From the NCBI GenBank assembly GCA_973895155.1, contig OZ316892.1, positions 6,741,251 through 6,805,250 of the forward strand: DNA of 64,000 nucleotides. Reading direction: 5' to 3'. The stretch comes from Marsupella aquatica. Taxonomy: Eukaryota; Plantae; Marchantiophyta. The translations under genes were made by a program, and so were the position numbers. Within the stretch, counting starts at the first letter, position 1. The number at the start of each line of letters is the position of its first letter. Shown here one piece after another: positions 35,895 to 54,700 of the stretch. Under the pieces are notes generated by a model. It worked only from the letters and a program-made list of their open reading frames with translations, made no database searches and had not been told where the DNA came from.

Positions 35895-38167
35895 TAAATT
35901 AACCTAGGAAATTAAATAAAGAAATACAATCTCCAAGCCTAGGGTTAACAAGGTGACATTAGCCACAATGGCATAAACCCTTAAGACTTAGGCTGGTCTC
36001 TTGTCTTGGGGTCCTATTGCCAGGTATGGTGTGGCGCTACCTTATGTCACATGCTTGGTTGAGAATCCATTGTTTGAGGGTTGATAAGGGTATTTAAAAG
36101 GGATATTAAGCATTGAGTATAGATAGTTCTTCAACTTAAGGCAAGTAGCTTTAAATTACAAATTTTCCCCTGCGCACAAAGCCAATGTTGAATGGGATGT
36201 GTAGAAGGTACAAAAGTTCCTCTGATCCCTCCCAAAATTAGTGAATTAAAAATAAAATCCAATTTTGACCTTGTGCTCCTACTTTGGCACGAAAGATTCT
36301 CTATGGCTGTTTAAAAGTGAATTTGTTCTCAAAAGGGAACCGCCTAAAGCAAGTTGTGCAACTAGCTTGGAGATAGGGGAAACTCATGGTTATATTTGAA
36401 ATTGTCTTGTTATTCCTGGAAATACCATGATTCCAGCAGAATACATTTTGACCTGCCCAATGAAAGGGGTTTGGCAGAGAACCCATATTACATCCAGGAC
36501 CATAATCTGGAGTTTATCTTTTGCACAGGGATTCAACTTTTGAGTATCTCTTGAACACGACCACTTCAAAGACTCAGGAGTGAAGCTTTCATAGTTTGAA
36601 AACTAGCCTGACTATTTGAGTTTGCTCAAGCCCATGGTTGTCTTCCCAACTATTGCCTCACCTGAAACCTGCAGCCACCCTAGAGTAAATGTCTAGAAGC
36701 TCTAGAGTGTAGCTTTTGATCCCAAATTATGAATTACATGTGAGTGCATCATAGGATGTTGTCAAACCTATGTTGTCAAACCTTTGTCTCTATCAGGGCT
36801 TTTATTTCTGGATTTCACAGTACAGAAATGCAAAGTAAGGTAAATTATCTGAAAAAGTGTTCCTGCGACAGCTAAGGTTTTCCAACGCAAATCCCCAATC
36901 AGAGTGGCAACAGTTCATTGAGCTTCCAAAACATTGAAAATAGTACTACTGGAACACAGTCAAAGGTTAGTTGAGCTTCCCTCCTGACTATCAACTCTAT
37001 TTAAGAAGTCTAACCAACATTGATGCTATCCAAGCATTATTATTATTTTTTGACTGAGATGAATTTTCCCCACTATAATTTGACATCACGGTAGCTTCAG
37101 CCTCATCCAAAACCTAAAGTTGCTTCCATAGCGTGCATCATCACAACGCAAGTGATACCTACACTAGACTGATCAGACAATTTCACCTGACCTCAAAAGT
37201 GAAACAACTTTTTTTCTTTTGGCCTTGAAATTCAACGTCAAGAGTGGAAATCTCGCTCCAAACAAACTAACACTCACCTATTGGAAAGAAGAAGGACCAA
37301 GTCACTCAGAAGCGCCAAACAAAGACAGAAGGAGTAAAAGCAAAAGAGGTCCATAGGCGACAAAAATCATAAGAAGAGGGCAAATGCAAACCCCCAAGAC
37401 CTAGAAAGAAGAAAAAATAGCCAGTTTCCATAAATGCAAAATAGAAACTGCCCACTGATAAGCAGGTGTGGGTTTTTTTGACCCCAAACTCATAGTCTTA
37501 AGTGGGGGCTCTAGGGCTTTTTGGCTCTTTAGTCTTCTTAGGTTTTTCCGTGGTTTCCCTTTTGTGCTGACGCTGCTATATGACCTTTCAGTTTTTTTGT
37601 TGGTCTAATTGAGACTTCCTGTTGTATGTTTTAATTTGAATGTGCCTTCACACGATTCATCATTTGTATCATTCAGATTCTGAATTTATTTTGGCACCCA
37701 TTTAATGCTTTCAATCTTTGCTATCCTAGATATCAATATTGTGCATCCAATCACTTTAGCAAATCTCAAGGAATCTCAACCACTTGAGACATATTTCATC
37801 TCTTCTCTTGAATGAGAGAAACAGATGTTTCTAATAATGTGGACAGAACACTTGTCCATAATAGTTTTTACCCTTCCAAGACATTTGGTCCTCTATACTG
37901 TAAAGCCCCCGACACAGCCTCATGTCTTCGATCACTTTATGTGCGTGATAACTCACAACATTGAGTTGAGAGATCCAATAGGCACAATAAATGAGTTTCC
38001 AACAACTCATCCACAATAATTTGTGCTAGTAACTGGAATTTTTAAGGTTCTTTCTTTTTTGCCAGAGTGGCTAATGGCAACTTCTGTCAATGAGAGAATG
38101 GTAGGAATCTTCATAGATTAAATTGTGACATCACATCTCACTAGATTTAACTATAACTCTGACTAAG

Positions 38168-38519
38168 GACTGTGGCTAGGTGGGCAACTGGCTAATGAAA
38201 GAAAAAACCTAGTGAATTTTAGCTACAGGGGCAAAAACGTTTTCGATGAGGTGGAATCTGGCATATGATACTCTACAAATATAGAGAGGAAACAAAAGCA
38301 TATTGTCCCAAGAACACTAGGACATACCTTTTTACCCGTCCAAATAACTTTTTGGGTATATTGCTGTCCATTGATCCATTGGAAGTGTGTAACTACAACA
38401 TTTTTTTTAGTGGCAATAATTCCCTAGATTCCGCCTCTCCAAAAAGTTGTTGTCACTTTTGTCAAAAAATTGCTGTGATTTCTGGCTCCCATTAGCCAGT
38501 TCCCACCTAGCCACAGGTC
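38168..38519. mobile_element. Palindromic MITE-like element; related ends at ~8030-8225, ~35650 and ~58265
   Basis: ctgtggctaggtgggcaactggctaatg pairs with cattagccagttcccacctagccacag. Inner pair gaggtggaatct / agattccgcctc. Confidence 0.6.
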
Positions 38520-38790
38520 CCATTAGCTAGACTCTAACGTTCATCCTTAAATATAGGGATATCTAAGGGTCAGAAAGTAATTCATGAAAATCAGATAAGG
38601 ATTGTTCCTAGCATCTTCTCCTTCACACACAGGTTGACATTTGCTACAGTCGCAAAAAAGGAAAACCTTTAAAAAGAAGTGTATGGTAACTCATGGTCAC
38701 TCGTGGGTTATGGGATGTAGGTCACAGCCATAGCCCACAAGTGACCATGGATTAACAAGCATAAGCCCAAGTGTACTTTTACTCTATTTA

Positions 38791-39166
38791 GAACATCTCC
38801 AACCCAAGTGTTAATGTTAGTGTAAAGGGTGTTGACCAAACTCAGTAAACAAAATGCAAAAGGTCCAACTTACTCCTTGGAACTTATAGGGCTTTCAGGA
38901 GTGAGTTTCTTTTGGTTGCTTGATATGCATATGGAAGAGATTATACACTAGTTGATTCCTTACCGGGTTTGTCGTTAACTTATCAAGATCTCAATCTTTG
39001 GATGTCAAATGCTGATACCTGTTGTTTAGGGAAAGTACCCCATTGGAGTTGGGGTTGCTTTTCAGTTGGCCATTAAAAATAAGCCCAGTGAACCAAGAGA
39101 ATGACCTTATCACACTGTATATTTAATGTACCTGGTAAGCAAACTCCTATTTGCTTGGAGATGCTC
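38791..39166. mobile_element. Tourist-like (PIF/Harbinger) MITE, 376 bp
   Basis: TTA TSD on both sides; TIRs GAACATCTCCAA / TTGGAGATGCTC. Confidence 0.85.
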
Positions 39167-39658
39167 TTATAACCTGAAAATTACAATTGAAATTGAACAC
39201 CCCTCCAAACCGGCCGAGTCCTAAATCTCATAACCCCTAGACTAGGCTAGTATTGGTGAAGCTGCTATATGGTGAATCTAACTCTCATGTTTTGTCTTAT
39301 TCATATTTGTGTATCATGAATTTGTATTTGAATGTACCTTAACAAGGGGCATCCTTTGTATCACATAGATTTATAATTCATTTTTGGACCCCTCTAAATT
39401 TTTGGTATTCTATAGTGTTTTGAATTTATTTTGGCAGCGCCCTTAATTTGTATAATTTGTAAATTGTAAACTTTGTTAAGTCCCAGAGAGAAACTAAGGG
39501 TTTCATTTTCTACCGCTTTTAAGTATACTCATGAGTGAAAGAAATGATTCTAAGAAATGTTAGCACATCCTGTCTTAAGGTCCCCTTGTGGTTTTCTTTC
39601 CTAAGTTTATGGTTTTTATTGAATAAGAGTCATTAATAAAACACATTGAAATAAGTGC

Positions 39659-39858
39659 GTGCACAACTCGTAGGATCTTTGTGTAATAAAATTGTACTTT
39701 CCATTGGTCACTATGTGCTTTTATTGCATGTGCTTTATTTATATTATTTGATTTCATTGTGCACAACTCGTAGCAACTTTGTATAATAAAATTGTACTTT
39801 CCATTGGTCACTATGTGCTTTTATTGCATGTACTTTATTTATATTATTTGATTTCATT
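39659..39858. repeat. Tandem duplication, 2 x 100 bp
   Basis: gtgcacaactcgtag...atattatttgatttcatt repeated nearly exactly. Confidence 0.9.
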
Positions 39859-39982
39859 CACATTTAATATGTATTCTAGTCTTACTCTTTAATTTTGTCC
39901 ACTTAATATCACTACAAGACAAAAAGTAAAGCATGTTCGGGGATGAGCATGCTATATGGTGAGGCTCATAACCATTCACATA

Positions 39983-40576
39983 TCTTCTTACTATAAAAGT
40001 ATCAACTGAAGCCTACTCTTAAGGGCCTAGGTCTAGAATGAAGCCTCTAGACTGTTATTCCCATACACACCCATACACAGACAAAATTTTTAATGAGATT
40101 CAACAAGGTCAAAATTTTAAATGAGTATAGGCACAAGTGACATTGACTCTAAATAAAGATAAAATTGAAATGAGCACAGACAAACGACAACAAACAAGAA
40201 TGGGGCAAAGATTAGCCAAAATAACATATAATTTTTATTGTACAATATTTTTATTCACGACAACAAACAAGAATGGGGCAAAGATTAGCCAAAATAACAT
40301 ATAATTTTTATTGTACAATATTTTTATTTATATTTGTTGAATATCTGTAACTATAATAAGAGATCCTGTATTGTTTTTTTGCATTTGTCTCAATATAAAA
40401 AAGTTATTGGACAAGGAAGATACACAACCATCGGATTTAATAAACTATTTGTCTTGACAATTGATGGATGGAGTAAATGTGCACCTTGGCACATATGTGT
40501 TACCAGATAAATATCCCGGTCCAATTCTCTATGCGTTGGCCTCCTTGCACCGTGAAACGTACGGGCATATGGCTCG
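39983..40576 (+). mobile_element. Non-autonomous Helitron-like element (594 bp) just upstream of FtsH; contains a 2 x 74 bp tandem duplication at ~40184-40328
   Basis: A|TCTTCTTACTATAA at the 5' end. Hairpin CCGTG-AAACG-TACGG (40550-40564). Ends GGCTCG|T. The 3' ~50 bp resembles the end of 11376-11704. Confidence 0.55.
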
Positions 40577-41178
40577 TGAGGCTAATAAATACCAAAAGAA
40601 AATGTATACTACGGTAGCAATTTAACATGGGGCTAGTAAAAAAAATAAAAAAATGTATACGAGCAATTTACGCGCTGCTGTGGTAGGCTTTAGACGGGGT
40701 GGGCCAGGATTCTCGCAAAATCGGAATACGAGGTTTCCATGTGCCGATCTAGAGGGGGTCCAGGGAGAACCTCGAGGAATCTGTGCTGTAGGTCTTGCGG
40801 ATGTGCAGGATCTGTCTCCGCGCAGTCTTCTCGTCTCAGCAAAGCAAAATTCCATTCCGGTTGTTGAATGTGGATGATTCTGTCGGACCGAGAATTTCGA
40901 TCGCTCGCCACGAATCCCCAACTTCGATTTTCTGGTCGGGCCGAGGGAGAAGGGAACCAAGGCTCCGTTGGAGCGGGGTGCTCACTCGTTGAGTCGGCGA
41001 TGGATGCTTGTGGTTGCCACTGCAGCTCGGTGCTGAACAGGAGTGGTTCTAAGAGCTTCGTGTCGGAATGCAGGGGACGTGATCGGTCGGTTTGATCGTC
41101 TGCAGGAGACCGGATTCGTGTCGGATCGGGAAATCCGTCCGCGGGTCTACTTCGCGTGAGCCCGCCAGCGAGGAGTTG

Positions 41179-41212
41179 TGATGATGATGATGATGATTAT
41201 GATGAAGATGAT
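41179..41212. repeat. (GAT)n microsatellite in the putative FtsH 5' leader
   Basis: tgatgatgatgatgatgattatgatgaagatgat. Confidence 0.8.
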
Positions 41213-41854
41213 GGAGGGAGCAAGAAGGCGGATGATGGATTGAGAGCAAGCAAGAAAGCAATGAAGGAGGTTGCACTCAAGAGATTACATATTTCAAGGT
41301 CGCGAGGTTGCAGGATATAGTGCGAACTCGGACGAGTGATAGGTCTGATCAGGAGGGGGGATGCAGGGAAGTCCAGTAACTTTTGTGGATAGTGAGGAGA
41401 GCGGGACTGCTATGCAGTCGTGCAGTGCTGGGACTTGGATTTGCAGTGTACTAATGCTGTGAAGAGGGAAATGCTTTTGGCGCAATTGCTTGAGGAAGAA
41501 GACGACCTAGGGCAGGAAGCCTTATGTTTCTTTGGAGGGGTTTAGGGTTTGAGTCGGTCGGAGCGGATTCGGCACGTACGTGAGAGCCCGTCAAAAGGGT
41601 AGTATGCTGGCAGTGGCAGGAGGGTGAGGAGGTGGGGCTGTCACTGAGTGACTACTTCTCTCAAAAGTCGGAGCTCCGTTTTTCGTAAATTTGACTAAGT
41701 TTTGTAGAGGGCAATTGAGCTAACTTGAGTTTCTGTTGTATTTGCTGACAGCAGGCACAGCACAGCTGTGATCCTCAACTGCAATTGGAATTGGAAAGAA
41801 GCCCCTGTACCGGTACGCTGCGGTAAAAAAAACCACAAGCACATTCCATTAATT

Positions 41855-49720
<7,866 letters not shown>

Positions 49721-50163
49721 AGCTTACGTTGAGATTAAACAATGGCACAATACATGGGATGATGTGAACTTTGGTGGGTCGTTGCTTGCTAATACGATCA
49801 GACATTAGATATTCCCATTCCAGGGCTGAAGCCGGGCAGCACTTATTGCAAAGACAAGTTATACTAACAGTTATGTCAGAATGTGGTACTTTTGTGACGG
49901 TACACTGTCAGTCATAAAAAAATGATTAGAGTAAATCGTCTGGGATCATGTGGATTTCCTTTGTGCATCATTATTCTTCTTTTTGGTAGGGCCTTCATTT
50001 TGCCGATGTGGAGAATTTCAAAGTAATTTGAATATAGACAGCCCATTCGTATTGAGGCAAACGAAGGTTGTCTAGGGGACCAGGAGTGCAGATACTCTTA
50101 CCTATCTGGAGTTAACCTTGGGACGATGAAGCATATTTTGATACCTGGCACATCGATCTTGCA

Positions 50164-50910
50164 GGTTTATTATGAAGGCCCGACCTGGATAGATTGTACA
50201 TTTTCCCTGACAGAGGGGGAGCGTTTTGGCCGAGCTGGCGTAACATGGAGGACACTACAGGTTAATTTAATATCGTTGTGTTGGAATATTGTTGATTTTC
50301 AACGAAAGTTGTTTAGCTGGAGTGGAGAGGTGCACTCCCTCCTTATGATCTACGATCTACAGAGCTATTCTTTCTCATCGGTCCATGTACATCACTAGGT
50401 ACCAGACCAGCTGTATGCCATGTCAAATGCATATAGCCGCTTGTAAAAATATTAATGATGTAGAGCTCGTGGTGAAAACATAAATCTCACCAGGAAATTG
50501 TAATTTAAGGAGGCAACCTCTTGACTTAAAACATGCGAAGCAATTGTCATTGAGATGGTGCATAGTGGAAGCCACTAGCTTTGTTTATGAGTAGGCCTTC
50601 TCCTGGCTTTTACGTGGAATTGCATGGAAGAGCTTCAAGAACATTTGAAGTACTCTGAAGTTGTCATTCAACCAATGATTGGATGGAATGTGTTTGTACA
50701 TCATTAGAGAAATCATCAGTGGAGAGCCAAAATTTCGCAACCAATTGGGTTGCAAGGATCACTATAATACGCAATTATCCTGCAGTTCTGATTACCAAAT
50801 GTCATTCTGGCATGAAGGCTCCTGAGCAGTTTGATTATGGTTACATTTCTTCGCGACCATGAGATGGACAGAAAGGTCTCAATATGCACCGTTTCTGTGT
50901 GCAACCTGTC
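50164..50910 (+). pseudogene. Possible heavily decayed alpha/beta-hydrolase domain relic (copy 1)
   Basis: Fragments in the expected order: VYYEG...TWRT...LCW...(V.SL.YD)...AIVIEMVHSGS...EGS...VSVCN. Many frameshifts; weak. Confidence 0.3.
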
Positions 50911-51029
50911 ACTGGCTTGGTAGATTGCACACTCTTTGAATTCAGTTAATAGGTTGACTCACCAACTCTTTGCAATGTCCCACTGGGTAGCCATTTCACA
51001 TATGCTTTGCCTACGAGGCCATCTCATTT

Positions 51030-52415
51030 ATGAGTGACAATCTATTACTCAATTTCACATAAGTGATGACAATACAAACACTTCTGCTCAAGCTCGAGCT
51101 CCATCTCATTCATGTTTGACAACACTTCTATTCAATATCACAAATTCTGCTGCCCAAGCTCAACATCACCTACGGACTGCTCAATATCACTTGGTGATGA
51201 CCATAACACACTTCTTAACTCTCACCATCACTTTGTAATAACACTTCTCAATTGCACAGTATCACTTAGTGACACTTCTGAAGGACAGTACGAACACTTC
51301 TTAACAGCTCAATATCACGTAGTGACAACAATTATCAATTATCAACCGCTCAATATCATTTGGCGATAAAACACTTGTTAACTCTCCCTCTCACTTTGTA
51401 GTATAGCATTGTAATATAGCATGTTCATTGATGACAATAAAACACTTGTAATTTCTGTAATATAGCATGTTGGCATGTTCATCCTGGAGCATGTTTTTTG
51501 TTTTGTTTTTGGTCTTATAGTGATATGTAATTCATTTAGTTTATTTTATGATAAAAGAAATACTGTAAGTACATGTAAAGTATATGCCAAGAAATCAATA
51601 TCTGTTAATTAAGAGTGAGTGACATATCACACAAATACATATGTACACATGCAAAGAAAATCACATTATTACCAAGAAAGTACAAAGGCACTAAAGAGTT
51701 GTGCACATGCAGGACAAATTTTCAGTTTCTTCTAGGTAATGACAGTCACCTCAATTAAAACCATAAATGTTGTAAAGAAAACCACTCAGTAGATCAGATG
51801 TGCACATTGTTCGAATTCATTTCTCTCACTCTCATGAGACAAAAGAGAATTCACTAAGGAGTGATTGAAAAGGAAAGAATAAACATTTATGAGGGGAGCC
51901 AAATACATTCAAAATACTTCGAGTTCACTAAAATTAAAAGTGATCCAAAAGTGAAGTCAAAATCAAATTAATACTAATGATTCACCTTGTTAAGTCGCAT
52001 TAAAATAAAAATACTAGACACAAAATATGAATAAGACAAAATCCAAAAAGGGTATTCACCATTATAGCAGCTTCATAATTCAGATAACACTTCTCAATTG
52101 CAGAGTATCACTTAGTGACACTTCTGGACGACAGTACAAACAATTCTCAACCACTCAATATCATGTAGTGACAACAATTCTCAACCACTCAATATCACTT
52201 AGTCACTACAATAAGAACACTTCTGCTTGGCAAGCCCAACAACACTTACTGATGACAAGCTAAATATTGCTCCAATACAAACTTGAGCTCAAGCTCAATA
52301 TCAATATCAAATATCAATATTGCTCCAATACAAACACTTTTGGCTCAAGCTCAACATCACTTACTGACTATAGGCAACAAGCTCAATATCAAAATTGCTC
52401 CAATGCAAACACTTC
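51030..52415. repeat. Degenerate ctcaatatcacttagtgac-type array split by the inverted AT-rich repeat (~51530-52030)
   Basis: ataacacttctcaattgca.agtatcacttagtgacacttctg occurs at 51238 and 52084 on either side of the insertion; many ctcaatatca units. Confidence 0.7.
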
Positions 52416-53079
52416 GAGGCTATATGATGTGAAGCAGATTCTGGAGGGGCTGGAAGGCATGAAAGCGGAGGTTCAAGCTCAACATCAGTGGAAAATGAGC
52501 TATCTATCTAAATACTCTAATATGGAGGTTAACTCTTGTTTTCTGGTGGTTTGCTTGCCAATGTCATTCTGGCCGCCTGGTATTTGGTCGTGGTGAAATA
52601 ACCATGAAATGGATCTAAAGATTTGAGCATGCACCTTTTCCACACCCAACCCATCAGCCTCCCGGCAGCTTGCACATTCCTTAAAATCCAATCGCCAGGC
52701 CAACCCATCAACTCCTTGCACCATCTCACTGTCTTATGATTGACAATTCTTCCAGTTGACAACATTTCTGCTGACCATCTGACTTAAGCTTGAAATCACT
52801 TCCACTAAACATCATTACTATCAACAAGACTCTTTGGACTAGTGAACAATAAAAAAAGGTTGTGGGGTCCTCTGTTCGCATAGCCATGACTTGTAGAACA
52901 CAGAGATGTAGCTTCCAAACATGGTCCAAGAGCTGAGACACCAAGCTTCAGTGTGGTTTATGACTACTAGCCTGATTACCTGTGACACAAAAATAACCTT
53001 GCGAAGAAAAATGCTTATGATTTCTCCCTCATCTTTGCCCCCATCCCTGTTTTCTATATGCACTTTCTGTTACCCCCTT

Positions 53080-54700
53080 GAGTCAGGGTCTAGAGTTTTC
53101 ACTCTGTTATGGAAGATCAGATGGAAATGCCTAATCTTATGCATTCATTGACTGATGCAAGAGCTTATGTTGAACAAGGTGAATGTCAAGTGATATAAGT
53201 GGGATTGTGTTTAGGGGGACTGATTATGAAAGAATTTTGTTTTTAATCTCAGTAACTCACTGTGGCCTCAGTTTTCTGTAGTAAACCCTGTCTGCCATGA
53301 GTCTGCTCGAAACCGACCGATATTCGAGAGGAATCACTGGGTCAAGGTGCTCAATGTTTGACAAGGAAGCTGCACGGAAACAATTAATTCTGTCAAATTG
53401 AACTATGTCTCATAAGAACGGAATTTACGCAATTATGGTTCTGCTAATGTATGTGCGTTTGGAGACGGAGAAGGCTAGGAAGTAACAATGGAACCTATAT
53501 GTGGTGGAAGCGTCAGTCAGACATGGGTTCTCAAAGTCGATACTCACCACTTTGATGTTTTCTGACTGGCTAACTTTCGTCTCTGAATGAATTTTGTTGG
53601 TGCCATGGTGAAATGGCCTATATATAAAATTGTAGGTGAATGAGACAGCATTCATGCTTCGACCGATGTCTGTTGCACATACATTGTCTGTTTGTTTGTA
53701 GAGAAAAGGTGGTTCATGCAGGGTCAATTTGAAAATGCCGGTTTGCGAGACAAGCCGCTGAAATGATAGCAGTATCAATCTGGCGTTCGGAAAATTGCTC
53801 CAGAAGCTGAGAATCGTTCCAGATATTTGTGTTGAATGTTTGATTTCTTGTGCGTTCTGGGTTTGCTTGTAGAAGAGTTTCCAAACAAGTTTGAGATCTT
53901 TTACATAAGAAGTCATTCCTATTCACTAGTGATTTGATCAGAAACAAAAAGGAAATGCAATCCGTTGCGTTTTATGGGTGCGCCCATTTTCAAGTTCAAA
54001 TAAGTACTCGATCTATCGTAAAAACAATCTTTTAAGTGTGTGAATGGTGAACTATGAAGATTCTTTTTAGAAACAAAAAAACGTATTTAGGCCAAGTGAA
54101 GAGCGAACGATAGGCAGCGAGACTCAGCAGAGGAGTTTGATAATAGGCAGGCTGCCAGAAAATCAAAGATAATGACAATCAATGGTACACGAAGGGCAGA
54201 AAAAGACAAGAAAGGCAAGAAAGTGGGGAAAGCATGTCTCAGGAAAACCTTTTATTACTGATCCGAATGTGATAAATCATCGACTGAGACAAACCAAGAT
54301 GACAAATTCACGATGAGGTGGACAACATGGTTGCCTAATGAGAAGCGGTCTTAGCTAAGCCACTGGAGGACTACAATTATCCAGTTGCCATAATTGCCTC
54401 GACTTCGTCGTTGTGAGTGAAATTCATCTCAAGATAGCTCCCTTAAATTCTCCTTCAGAGCCTATGCCAAGAACTTTTAAGCTTTCACTGCTTGTCGCTC
54501 CAACCTGGGAGCTGTATTCTCACTTCTTCTTAAACTCTGATCGGAATGACAGAAGTTGGATATGGTTGACCCGAGTGTTGACCTCCCTACCAGACTCGCT
54601 GTGGAGACATGGGCAGTGCACGACTTTTGAGGCGTTCATCGATCGGAGAGATCCCGTGACCTGAAGTAAGATTGGATTTTGATGGTTGCATGGTTCGCCA
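53080..54700 (+). pseudogene. Decayed hydrolase-NBS-LRR (HNL-type NLR) gene relic
   Basis: In order: NLMHSLTDARAYVEQGECQVI*VGLCLGGLIMKEFC (53133-53240, nucleophile-elbow-like), VVEASVRH (53501), VDTHHFDV (53536), RNBS-D-like PDIC (53819), frameshifted MHD-like M..PLRFMG (53955), LRR-like LTSLPDSL (54578) and LDFDGC. No P-loop found. Confidence 0.55.

Noticed and set aside
41049-41276. His-rich 75-aa minus-strand ORF
   Set aside because: The poly-His is just the antisense reading of the (GAT)n microsatellite.
53425-53916. 163-aa minus-strand ORF
   Set aside because: It is antisense to the HNL relic, whose plus-strand motifs explain the region better.
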